NCBI GenBank assembly: GCA_944389225.1 | Contig: CALXLP010000001.1 | Coordinates: forward strand, 42,303-106,302 | From: an uncultured Clostridia bacterium | GTDB taxonomy: Bacteria > Bacillota > Clostridia > TANB77 > CAG-508 | Reading direction: 5' to 3' | DNA: 64,000 nucleotides | In this document: piece after piece, positions 32,494 to 41,199 of the stretch | How the letters are laid out: the number at the start of each line of letters is the position of its first letter | Position numbering within the stretch: position 1 is the stretch's first letter | Translations under genes and position numbers: made by a program | The notes under the pieces: generated by a model | Told to the model about the DNA's origin: nothing | The model's database searches: none | The model's input: the letters and a program-made list of their open reading frames with translations, nothing else

Positions 32494-32680
32494 ATGTAAA
32501 ATACATCGGTAAACTACAAAGTAATATAACCGAAAAAATTACTACAAATCTGGCAAATGTAAATTCTTTATTTGTTTTTTTACAATACATATAATTAATA
32601 AATCCTGTTATTACCAATGCAATGATTGTAAAAATAATTCGTAATATAACATTTAAAATAACTTTTCCTGCTATCTCCAT
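32483..32680 (-). CDS. small two-TM membrane protein (paralog of the 32694-32888 product)
   Basis: 65 aa. Shares the FINYMYCKK/FIINYAYAK block and the C-terminal VM with its neighbour. Confidence 0.5.
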   Translation of the reverse strand: MEIAGKVILNVILRIIFTIIALVITGFINYMYCKKTNKEFTFARFVVIFSVILLCSLPMYFTYVM

Positions 32681-32693
32681 ACTAAATTCCTTT

Positions 32694-32888
32694 CTACATT
32701 ACTAATTCTACTTGTCCTGTTATATGACTTCCCGCTTGCATTGCTAAAAATCCATAAATGACTAATACTGCAAAAATAATCAAATGTGAAGAAAAATTAT
32801 ATACTTTATGATTTATTTTTGCATATGCATAATTAATGATAAAGGAAAATAGTAATGATAACATTATCCAAATCACTTCTATTATCAT
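32694..32888 (-). CDS. small two-TM membrane protein (paralog of the 32483-32680 product)
   Basis: 64 aa with two hydrophobic helices, arranged in tandem with its paralog. Confidence 0.5.
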   Translation of the reverse strand: MIIEVIWIMLSLLFSFIINYAYAKINHKVYNFSSHLIIFAVLVIYGFLAMQAGSHITGQVELVM

Positions 32889-32897
32889 TTTTATCTA

Positions 32898-33410
32898 TTA
32901 ATTGGCTACTACTACCATAGAATGTCTAATTACTTTTGTGCCAATCTTATATCCCTTTCTATATTCTTGAACAATTTCTTTTTCACCTTTGGTTTCGTCT
33001 TGTACACTACTTACTGCCTCATGTAATTCTGGATCAAAAGTTTCTCCTACTGTTTTAATTTCTTCTACACCTTTTGCTTTTAATGTATCTTGAAATTGTT
33101 TCAATACCAATTCAATTCCTTTTTTGTATTCTTCATCTTTTGTTTCAACTTTAGCAGCATTTTCTAAGTTATCTAATATAGGAAGCATCACTTCTACGAC
33201 ATCTGATAAGATAGAATTGTATAAACTCTCTCTTTCTTTTGCACTTCTTTTTTTATAATTTTCAAATTCTGCTAAAATTCTTTTATATCTATCATCTAGT
33301 TCATCATATTCTGACTTTGGTACAATTTCTTGCTCTTTTTTTGCTTTTTTATTTTCTACTTTTTCTTCTTTTTTTACGTCATTTTCTAACTCTTCTTTTT
33401 TCTCTGCCAT
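32898..33410 (-). CDS. grpE: nucleotide exchange factor GrpE
   Basis: Coiled-coil N-terminus, AEFENYKKR, and C-terminal GYK.G.KVIR.S.V.V. Confidence 0.95.
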   Translation of the reverse strand: MAEKKEELENDVKKEEKVENKKAKKEQEIVPKSEYDELDDRYKRILAEFENYKKRSAKERESLYNSILSDVVEVMLPILDNLENAAKVETKDEEYKKGIELVLKQFQDTLKAKGVEEIKTVGETFDPELHEAVSSVQDETKGEKEIVQEYRKGYKIGTKVIRHSMVVVAN

Positions 33411-33426
33411 TCTTTAACCTACCTTT

Positions 33427-34440
33427 CTATTCTATTTCCTTTAATTTCTTATTAATATATTTCATAACAGAAATTACTTTTGAATAATCCATTCTTTTAG
33501 GTCCAATAATACCAATTGTTCCTAAATCTTTTCCATTGACTTTATGTTTAAAAGTAACAACGCTAAAATCTTTTAATTCTTCTTTCTGATTTTCCTCTCC
33601 TATATATACATGAATATCATCTGCAATTCCTGAATCTAACATATCTGTTACTAATTCTTTTGTATCTAGTATATTAACAAAGTTTTTAGCAACTTCTAAA
33701 CTATTAAATTCTGGTAAATCAAATGACTTATTAGCACCTTCTAAATATACATTTTCTTCTTCTAATACTTTTTTAATTTGCTCAATAATTGGCTTAATCA
33801 CATTGATACTATATGTCATTTCATCATACAAATAATCTTCTAAAGGTCTATCAATTGTTTCAATTGGCTGTCCTTTTAATTTTTTATTAAACATATAATT
33901 AATGGTTTCTACTTGTTTTTCTGTCACATCTTCATCAAATTTGATAATGGTTTCTTTTACCAATCCGCTATCTGTTAAGATAACTGCCATCATCATTCTA
34001 GAACCTAATAATACAAACTTGATTTCTTCTATAATCTGACTGTTTGCTTTTGGTCCTATAGATACTGTCGTATAATGTGTAACTTCTGATATCGTATTTG
34101 CTGCAATCTTTGTTAAATCTTCAATTTCATTTACTTTTGTCTCTAATTTATCACTAATATATTTAATTTCCTCTAAACTGATATCGTCCTCTTTTAACAA
34201 TTCATCAACATAATATCGATACCCTTTTTCAGAAGGTATTCTACCACTTGATGTATGAGTTTTATCCAAGTAACCAGCTTTTTCTAAATCTGCCATTTCA
34301 TTTCGAATCGTTGCACTACTATAATCTAATCCATGATTTGTAGTTAATGCATTTGAGCTAACCGGTTCTGCTGTATTAATATATTCTTCTACAATTGCTT
34401 GTAATACTTTCTTTTTTCTATCATCTAACAATTTTTTCAC
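33427..34440 (-). CDS. hrcA: heat-inducible transcription repressor HrcA
   Basis: Winged-helix N-terminus (EPVSS..L....GLDYSSATIRNEMADLE). It heads the grpE-dnaK-dnaJ operon and is preceded by CIRCE-like operators. Confidence 0.95.
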   Translation of the reverse strand: MKKLLDDRKKKVLQAIVEEYINTAEPVSSNALTTNHGLDYSSATIRNEMADLEKAGYLDKTHTSSGRIPSEKGYRYYVDELLKEDDISLEEIKYISDKLETKVNEIEDLTKIAANTISEVTHYTTVSIGPKANSQIIEEIKFVLLGSRMMMAVILTDSGLVKETIIKFDEDVTEKQVETINYMFNKKLKGQPIETIDRPLEDYLYDEMTYSINVIKPIIEQIKKVLEEENVYLEGANKSFDLPEFNSLEVAKNFVNILDTKELVTDMLDSGIADDIHVYIGEENQKEELKDFSVVTFKHKVNGKDLGTIGIIGPKRMDYSKVISVMKYINKKLKEIE

Positions 34441-34470
34441 CTCTTTAGTTTTAATTGTTAGTTTGTTGTT

Positions 34471-34497
34471 TTAGCACTCTTGTTGTTTGTTTGCTAA
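34471..34497. promoter_or_regulatory. CIRCE-like operator 1
   Basis: TTAGCACTC-N9-GTTTGCTAA compared with the consensus TTAGCACTC-N9-GAGTGCTAA. Confidence 0.7.
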
Positions 34498-34507
34498 CTT
34501 CATATAT

Positions 34508-34547
34508 ATTATACCCCTTTTTAGCACTTGTCAATACATTTTGCTAA
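34508..34547 (-). promoter_or_regulatory. hrcA operon promoter overlapped by CIRCE-like operator 2
   Basis: Minus strand has TTGACA (34534-34529) and a TATAAT/TAATAT region (34513-34508). The operator is TTAGCACTT-N9-TTTTGCTAA at 34521-34547. Confidence 0.6.
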
Positions 34548-34573
34548 AATATTTTGTGAATTTTGTGTGAACA

Positions 34574-34616
34574 AAAAAACAAAATGAATTTTACGAAATA
34601 CATTCATTTTGTTTTT
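34574..34616 (-). terminator. rho-independent terminator after the pilin-like/FGE gene
   Basis: Minus strand: AAACAAAATGAAT-loop-ATTCATTTTGTTT followed by a T run. Confidence 0.7.
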
Positions 34617-34642
34617 ATTTCTATTTTATATAAAGAGTCAGT

Positions 34643-35998
34643 CTAGATCCGCATTGTTGATTTATATCTACTTCCATTATAGTCAACATAACTTGCTGAA
34701 TTTATATCCTGCCAGCTACCTCCACGATAAATTCTACTACTAGTAGCATAAGCTCCTAATGTCCATTCACTCACATTTCCTCCTAAATCTCTAATCTGAT
34801 TAATATTATCATTAGCATATGACACATTGCCTGTAGTTGTATAAGATCCTTGATTATTATTTCCTATTCCTTTAGCCGTTATTTTTTCTTTATCTGTACT
34901 TCCACTATTTTTTATCCAATTTAACATTGCATCATATTGGCTCAACCAAACCATACTACTTCCTACTGAATTGTTCTTTCCTGTATATTCTTTATGTTTT
35001 GCATATAATCCATACCACATACTTGTTGTATCATTTCTAGCTGTCACTGGCTTTACATTTGCTTTAGATTGTATTGTTCCTTCGCTTCCTTCATCATCTT
35101 CTGTAGCAGTTGACAAACTTGATTCATATCTTCCTATATAAAAACCATCATACCTAGCGACACTATTTATCATTGATTTATACTCTTGTTTTAATCCTTC
35201 TAAAGTCATTCCAACAGTATTATAGTCTTGTGTATTATTATCATATGAAGTTACAATTGCTGGCTCTCTTATTCCTGAATTTTCATTATATACATTGTTT
35301 ACTGTTCCAAAATTTTCTCCTGTACTACTTTCATAGACTTTTCCTACTATCTCATTTGCTGTATTACTATGTTCTGGATTGGTACATTTAACTTCTCCAT
35401 CTATCAGTTCCAAATTACAATTTCCCCCTGCAGTTCTACATTGTGCCATACTATTTATATCATTTACTGGAACCCATACAAACTCACTTCCATCTGGTCC
35501 TCTTACAACTAACCCCGTATCTATAACATTTAATTCATTATCAACAGTAAATCCCTCTGGTATTGTAGCTGTATCATTATTTATATCTCTATAATTATCT
35601 TTAAACGTCTTATCAACTTCAACACCAGCCACTGCATTTTCTTTTATTGCTACATTTCCATCAAAATCTACTACAATTTCATAGCCATCCATGTTTACTG
35701 TTATTGTTTCTTCATCTTCTGCTATTATACTTCCTCCCAAATTTTCTATTTCTGACTTAAAATTTTCTGTATTAAATTTTCCTGTATTATCATAACTTCC
35801 TACAAATGCTATACTGACTTTTTCTTCAGCACTTGATTCTGTCGTTGCTTCACTTGCCTGACTTGCTCTTGTTAGGATTCCATTTTCTCCTGTCAACGTG
35901 GCAATTGTAACTCCTGCCAAAATTAATAAAACAATGATTGTAATTACTAATGCAATCAAGGTAATACCTCTTTGTTTTTTTATTTTTTCTTTTATCAT
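34643..35998 (-). CDS. secreted/anchored protein with a prepilin-like N-terminal segment and a C-terminal FGE-sulfatase (SUMF1-like) domain
   Basis: N-terminus KKQRGITLIALVITIIVLLILAGV is pilin-like but lacks Glu at +5. The C-terminus has GGNVSEWT and YRGGSW, typical of the FGE-sulfatase fold. Confidence 0.65.
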   Translation of the reverse strand: MIKEKIKKQRGITLIALVITIIVLLILAGVTIATLTGENGILTRASQASEATTESSAEEKVSIAFVGSYDNTGKFNTENFKSEIENLGGSIIAEDEETITVNMDGYEIVVDFDGNVAIKENAVAGVEVDKTFKDNYRDINNDTATIPEGFTVDNELNVIDTGLVVRGPDGSEFVWVPVNDINSMAQCRTAGGNCNLELIDGEVKCTNPEHSNTANEIVGKVYESSTGENFGTVNNVYNENSGIREPAIVTSYDNNTQDYNTVGMTLEGLKQEYKSMINSVARYDGFYIGRYESSLSTATEDDEGSEGTIQSKANVKPVTARNDTTSMWYGLYAKHKEYTGKNNSVGSSMVWLSQYDAMLNWIKNSGSTDKEKITAKGIGNNNQGSYTTTGNVSYANDNINQIRDLGGNVSEWTLGAYATSSRIYRGGSWQDINSASYVDYNGSRYKSTMRI

Positions 35999-36030
35999 GC
36001 TTTTGTTTCCTCCTTATATTCTTTTGTGCT

Positions 36031-36221
36031 TTCTTAAAATTAGTTACTCTAAGAAATTTTTCATCTAAATTTTATCAATAAAATACTACAAAGTCAACTG
36101 AAATCGTAAAAAATATATGAAACCAATATATATTTTCTTATAACTATAAAATAGTGAAACTTATTGGTAATAGTAATAAAAAAAGAATAATTTGCTTTCT
36201 TAGAGTAACTAACTATAAGAA
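36031..36221. promoter_or_regulatory. 191-bp segment bounded by a 26-bp inverted repeat and carrying a promoter (candidate invertible switch, or a MITE)
   Basis: 36031-36056 is TTCTTAAAATTAGTTACTCTAAGAAA. The reverse complement of 36196-36221 is TTCTTATAGTTAGTTACTCTAAGAAA. That is 24 of 26 matches, and the inner 17 nt are perfect. The arms are separated by 139 bp. Confidence 0.6.
36069..36097 (-). promoter_or_regulatory. sigma-A-type promoter inside the IR-bounded segment, facing the pilin-like/FGE gene
   Basis: Minus strand: TTGACT (36097-36092), a 17-nt spacer, then TAAAAT (36074-36069). Confidence 0.6.
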
Positions 36222-36245
36222 ATTTTTATTTTTATATATTAATCT

Positions 36246-37088
36246 TTAAATCGCTATTATATATATTATTATCCCAATTGCTTGTATAATAAACAAATTT
36301 AACATATTTGATGTTAATAAATTATTTGTTGCTTCTATAACACCTAACAATTTATCCTCTTCCTTTTTATAATGATTTTGTGCCTCAAAAAATGTAACCA
36401 ATTCAGGAACACTGGTTATCATTCCTAATAAAATACCTAAAATCCATTCTGCCATTTCGAAACTTTTTGATAGATTTTCTAATACGCTTCCTAATGCATC
36501 CCCTATAAAATACAATAAAATACCTGCCATTAAAATATACCCTACATATATAAACGATTGTTTATTGTCATATTTTTCCTTTTCTTCTTGCTTTTTCTCT
36601 CTTTCCTCGATTTTTACATCTTCATCGCTTAAGTATCTTTCATGTATTTTTTTAGAAATCCAGTAAAAAATAACATACATAACAATTAATAAAAATGCTA
36701 TAACCATATTTAATGTATTTTCTAATTTTAATAAGATGATTGGAAAGATAATGGTTATCATTACCAATATATTTTGAATAATAATTCCTTTATTTTTAAT
36801 CACTTTATAATTTTTATTGATAATTAAAGACACACTATATTGAATAAAATTAATGACATTAGAACTGATAATATTATATAAACTTGTTCCCATTAATCCT
36901 TTAAAACTCGATACAGTTACAGTCAATAATTCAGGAATTGAAGTAGCAAATCCCGCAATATTTCCTATCGTTCTGGGTTTTAGTTTTAAATTTTCTGCTA
37001 ACTTTCTTAAAGCTTTGACTAACATATATTTTGAAATCACTACAATGAGTATAGAATATATAAAAAATCTTCCTATTTCTATCAACAT
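36246..37088 (-). CDS. Ca2+/cation antiporter (CaCA/YrbG-like)
   Basis: Two alpha-repeat motifs, GFATSIPELLT and GMITSVPELVT. Roughly 10 TM helices. Confidence 0.8.
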   Translation of the reverse strand: MLIEIGRFFIYSILIVVISKYMLVKALRKLAENLKLKPRTIGNIAGFATSIPELLTVTVSSFKGLMGTSLYNIISSNVINFIQYSVSLIINKNYKVIKNKGIIIQNILVMITIIFPIILLKLENTLNMVIAFLLIVMYVIFYWISKKIHERYLSDEDVKIEEREKKQEEKEKYDNKQSFIYVGYILMAGILLYFIGDALGSVLENLSKSFEMAEWILGILLGMITSVPELVTFFEAQNHYKKEEDKLLGVIEATNNLLTSNMLNLFIIQAIGIIIYIIAI

Positions 37089-37215
37089 TTCTATCTTTTT
37101 CTCCTTGTTTATTAGCTATTTTCTCCTATTTTTATTTATTTATAACAAAATTTTTTATTCGTTATATATAACAAAGGGAGACAAATGCTTGAAGCATCTA
37201 TCTCCCTTTATCTTT

Positions 37216-37683
37216 CTAATAAAATTCTGATACTTTTTTCCTATAATGAATAAAATCTTTTGTCATATATACAGGCTGTACTTTTAGCTTTTTTTCCATA
37301 AATCTTTTTGATGGTTTGTTTGCGTGTCTTATGCAAAATTCCAGCTCTTTATACTTGGTATTTTCTGAAATGTACTTTGCAAATTGACAAATTGCTTCTT
37401 TGCAATAGCCCTTTCTCCGCACCTTTGCAGAAATAAAATAGGAAACTTCCATTACTTTCTTAGGCTTTTTCTCCCCAAGAACCATCCCTACAATTTGATT
37501 TTGCTCATCTAGTATTTTAAAAGCATCATAGTTACAAGAGTCGACACATAATTCCATTAAATCTTGTGCTTCCTCTAAATCTTTACAATAAGCTAACCGA
37601 AAAAATTTTTCAACGCTTGCATCTTGAGCTATCTCTAAATATGCATTTGCATCATTTAAATTAAATCTTTCCAACCGTATCAT
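37216..37683 (-). CDS. GNAT-family N-acetyltransferase
   Basis: 155 aa with an acetyl-CoA-binding-like block VRRKGYCKEAI. Confidence 0.65.
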   Translation of the reverse strand: MIRLERFNLNDANAYLEIAQDASVEKFFRLAYCKDLEEAQDLMELCVDSCNYDAFKILDEQNQIVGMVLGEKKPKKVMEVSYFISAKVRRKGYCKEAICQFAKYISENTKYKELEFCIRHANKPSKRFMEKKLKVQPVYMTKDFIHYRKKVSEFY

Positions 37684-37840
37684 ACTTTTCCTCCATTTGG
37701 TTTTTATTTTATTTATTATACATTAATTTTATGTATACTGTCAAATATATAATTAGATATCTCAGAAATTCAGTTGTTTTTATTGCCATTTATCAAAAAA
37801 TATTATATAATGGCTTCGTATTGTAAAGGAGCGTGTGTAT

Positions 37841-38104
37841 ATGGAAGAAGTAAAGATTGGACGAGTTTATCGTCACTTTAAAGGAAATTATTACTTTGTT
37901 GAAAATGTGGCATATAACTCGGAAACAAAAGAAAGAATGGTTATTTATAAAAATTTATACCCTAGAGATGATGGACGCTCCATATGGGTTAGACCTGAGA
38001 AAATGTTCTTAGAAGAAATTCCAGAAAGGCCAGACAATATCACTGGTCAAAAAACACGATTTGCGTTAGTAACAGATTTAGAAATAGATTATACTAAAAA
38101 ATAA
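37841..38104 (+). CDS. DUF1653-family protein
   Basis: YRHFKGNYY...VIYKNLY pattern. ATG at 37841 with an AAAGGAG RBS. Confidence 0.65.
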   Translation: MEEVKIGRVYRHFKGNYYFVENVAYNSETKERMVIYKNLYPRDDGRSIWVRPEKMFLEEIPERPDNITGQKTRFALVTDLEIDYTKK

Positions 38105-38137
38105 AATGTCCAAAAAGAAACGTCCCAAATGGACATT
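38103..38137 (-). repeat. REP-like repeat copy (variant with flipped terminal module)
   Basis: AAAATGTCCAAAAAGAAACGTCCCAAATGGACATT. It overlaps the DUF1653 stop codon by 2 nt and ends 7 nt before the serS RBS. Confidence 0.85.
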
Positions 38138-38154
38138 ATAAAAGGAGGATTTTT

Positions 38155-39447
38155 ATGATAGATATTAAATTTTTAAGAGAACATCCTGATGTTGTAAAAG
38201 AAAATATCAAGAAAAAATTTCAAGACCATAAATTGGTTATGGTTGATGAAGTAATTGAGTTAGATAAAAAAAATAGAGAAGCTCAACTTACTGGTGATAA
38301 TTTAAGAGCAGAAAGAAAAAGCCTAAGTTCTCAAATTGGAGAATTGATGAAAGCTGGTAAAAAAGAAGAAGCTGAAAAAATTAAAGCACAAGTTCAAGAA
38401 ATTAATGAAAAATTAGAGAAAAATGAAAAACTAGAGAATGAATATTCTGAAGAAATAAAAACAAGAATGATGAAAATCCCAAACATTATGCATGAATCTG
38501 TTCCTATTGGAAAAGATGATTCTGAAAATGTAGAAGTTGAAAAATTCGGAGAGCCTATTGTTCCTGATTATGAAATCCCTTTCCATGGTGAAATATTAGA
38601 GAACTTAGGCGGTCTAGATTTAGATAGTGCTAGACGTGTTTCTGGTAATGGATTTTATTATTTAATGGGTGATGTTGCAAGACTTCATTCTGCTGTTTTA
38701 ACTTATGCTAGAGATTTTATGATTAATAAAGGATTTACCTATTGCATCCCACCTTTTATGATAAGAAGTGATGTTGTAACTGGTGTTATGAGTTTTGAAG
38801 AAATGGATGCTATGATGTATAAAATCGAAGGAGAAGATTTATATCTAATTGGTACTTCTGAACATTCTATGATTGGTAAATTTAAAGATCAAATTTTGAA
38901 AAAAGAAGATATGCCATATACCATGACTTCATACTCTCCTTGTTTCAGAAAAGAAAAAGGTGCTCATGGAATAGAAGAACGTGGTGTATATAGAATTCAC
39001 CAATTTGAAAAACAAGAAATGATTGTTGTTTGTGAACCTGAAGATAGTTGGGAATGGTATGATAAAATGTGGTCATATACTGTTGAATTTTTTAGAAGCA
39101 TGAATATCCCTGTAAGAACCTTGGAATGTTGTAGTGGAGATTTAGCAGATTTAAAAGCAAAATCTTGTGATGTTGAAGCTTGGTCTCCTAGACAACAAAA
39201 ATATTTTGAAGTGGGAAGTTGTTCAAATTTAACAGATGCACAAGCAAGACGTTTAGGTATTCGTATTAAAGGTGAAAAAGGAAATTATTTTGCACATACT
39301 TTAAATAATACAGTTGTTGCCCCACCTCGTATGTTAATTGCCATTATGGAAAACAACTATAGGCCAGATGGTAGTGTCATTGTTCCAGAAGTATTAAGAC
39401 CATATATGGGTGGACTTGAAAAAATTGAACCTAAGAAAAATAAATAA
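38155..39447 (+). CDS. serS: seryl-tRNA synthetase
   Basis: Coiled-coil N-terminal arm and class II motifs (FRKE, GVYRIHQFEK, CSGDL...NNT). Confidence 0.95.
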   Translation: MIDIKFLREHPDVVKENIKKKFQDHKLVMVDEVIELDKKNREAQLTGDNLRAERKSLSSQIGELMKAGKKEEAEKIKAQVQEINEKLEKNEKLENEYSEEIKTRMMKIPNIMHESVPIGKDDSENVEVEKFGEPIVPDYEIPFHGEILENLGGLDLDSARRVSGNGFYYLMGDVARLHSAVLTYARDFMINKGFTYCIPPFMIRSDVVTGVMSFEEMDAMMYKIEGEDLYLIGTSEHSMIGKFKDQILKKEDMPYTMTSYSPCFRKEKGAHGIEERGVYRIHQFEKQEMIVVCEPEDSWEWYDKMWSYTVEFFRSMNIPVRTLECCSGDLADLKAKSCDVEAWSPRQQKYFEVGSCSNLTDAQARRLGIRIKGEKGNYFAHTLNNTVVAPPRMLIAIMENNYRPDGSVIVPEVLRPYMGGLEKIEPKKNK

Positions 39448-39564
39448 TAGTTAAATTTTATAGAAATTTTATATTTAATGTTTTATGTTTTTAATTTTAT
39501 AATATATATACTATTTTATATACTATAAAAAATTTAATAAATATTCTAAAAGGAGAAGAAGAAA

Positions 39565-40914
39565 ATGAATAAAAATATAACAATGATTGTTGGTGTTAAA
39601 TGGGGAGACGAAGGAAAAGGAAAAATTGCTGCAATAGAAGCACAAAATGCAAAACTTGTTATCAGAGCTACTGGTGGAAGTAATGCTGGACATACTGTCA
39701 TTTATAAAGGACAAAAATTACCATTGCATTTAGTTCCAGGAGGAATTGCTTATCCTCAAACTACTTGTATTATTGGACCTGGCGTTGTTCTTGATTTAGA
39801 AGTATTATTTGAAGAAATTGCATTTTTAAAGAAATGTGGTATTCCAGATATTGAATCAAGATTAAAAATTAGTGGACGTACACATGTCACACTTCCTTAT
39901 CATAAAGATTTAGATGGTTTATATGAATCTTTAAAAAATAAACCTGTTGGAACAACCAAAAGAGGAATTGGTCCAACTTATGCAGACAAAAGTAATCGTA
40001 TTGGTATTAGAATGTATGACCTACTTCTTCCAGAAGATGAATTAACTCATAAAATTGAAGAAGCTACAAAAGTTCATAACCAAGTTTTTAAAGCAAACAA
40101 TATGGAAGAATGTATTGTAGATAGTAAAAAATTAGGAAAACAATATCATGAATATGGAGAAAAATTAAAAAATTATATTACAGATATTGAACCTCTAATC
40201 TTCAATAGTATTAAAAATAATGAAAAAATCGTTGTAGAAGGTGCACAAGCTTTCCGTTTAGACTTAGACCATGGAGATTACCCAATGGTTACAAGCTCAC
40301 ATCCTGTTGTTTCAGGTACACTTTGTGGAGCAGCTTTACCTGCACAAGCTTTAAATGTTGTTATTGGTGTTGATAAAGCATACAACAGTAGAGTTGGTAA
40401 TGGTCCATTCCCTACTGAGCTACCAGCTTCAATTGATGAAAATGGAAATGTTATAAAAGATGCCACACCTTTAGAAGGTGATGTTGTTCGTGATACAGGA
40501 CATGAATATGGTACAACAACAGGTCGTCCTCGTAGATGTGGATGGATGGATTGTCCTATTCTTTGCTCTGCTAAATATACTTCAGGTATTGATTATTTAT
40601 GTTTAAATCATTTAGATACTTTAGGTGAAATTGGTAAAAAATTAGGATATGTTAAAGTTTGTACAAGTTATATGTATAAAGGTGAAAAAATTCATCATTA
40701 TCCTGATGATATCATGGTAACAGGTGAAATTCCTGAACCTATTTATGAAACTTTAGAAGGTGGTTGGACAATTGATTCTTCTTGTAAAAAATATGAAGAC
40801 CTTCCAGAGCTTGCAAGAAAATTTGTTGAAATTGTAGAAAAAGCTTCTGGTATTCCTGTTAAATACATAGGAACTGGTCCTGCTAGTGATGATTTGATTG
40901 TAAGAGATATTTAA
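39565..40914 (+). CDS. purA: adenylosuccinate synthetase
   Basis: Contains GVKWGDEGKGK, GGSNAGHT and GTTKRGIGPTY. Confidence 0.95.
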   Translation: MNKNITMIVGVKWGDEGKGKIAAIEAQNAKLVIRATGGSNAGHTVIYKGQKLPLHLVPGGIAYPQTTCIIGPGVVLDLEVLFEEIAFLKKCGIPDIESRLKISGRTHVTLPYHKDLDGLYESLKNKPVGTTKRGIGPTYADKSNRIGIRMYDLLLPEDELTHKIEEATKVHNQVFKANNMEECIVDSKKLGKQYHEYGEKLKNYITDIEPLIFNSIKNNEKIVVEGAQAFRLDLDHGDYPMVTSSHPVVSGTLCGAALPAQALNVVIGVDKAYNSRVGNGPFPTELPASIDENGNVIKDATPLEGDVVRDTGHEYGTTTGRPRRCGWMDCPILCSAKYTSGIDYLCLNHLDTLGEIGKKLGYVKVCTSYMYKGEKIHHYPDDIMVTGEIPEPIYETLEGGWTIDSSCKKYEDLPELARKFVEIVEKASGIPVKYIGTGPASDDLIVRDI

Positions 40915-40922
40915 TCATATAG

Positions 40923-40980
40923 AAGAGAGCTTATTATGAAGTGTCCATATAGTAGGCATTTCATTATGCTCTCTTTTCTT
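40923..40980 (+). terminator. rho-independent terminator after purA
   Basis: GAGAGCTTATTATGAA-loop-TTCATTATGCTCTC followed by TTTTCTT. Confidence 0.6.
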
Positions 40981-41057
40981 ATTGTATAGGAAAAATCGAC
41001 TTTTATCTTGACCACATATAAGATTTTTCCGTATACAACAAGGTTAGGCTTCTTATA
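40969..41057 (+). repeat. copy A of the second dispersed repeat of about 88 nt
   Basis: Arms TTGTATAGGAAAAATC (40982-40997) and GATTTTTCCGTATACAA (41022-41038). It contains TTGACC (41008-41013)-18-TATACA (41032-41037). Confidence 0.75.
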
Positions 41058-41199
41058 TTTGTGAAGTACTGCGAAGCAGTCTTCACATGTGTGCGTCGAA
41101 ATCTTTGATTTCGTTAACGCACGCCTTTCTTATTTGAAAAAAATAATAAAATATGTTAAAATATGAAAATATAAAAAACAAAAAAGGAGAATTTTAATA

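Noticed and set aside
36031-36221. Reading the 26-bp inverted repeat pair as the transcription terminator of the CaCA antiporter gene
   Set aside because: The arms are 139 bp apart and enclose a promoter, and no T-tract follows the distal arm on the minus strand. That geometry fits an inverton or MITE rather than an intrinsic terminator.
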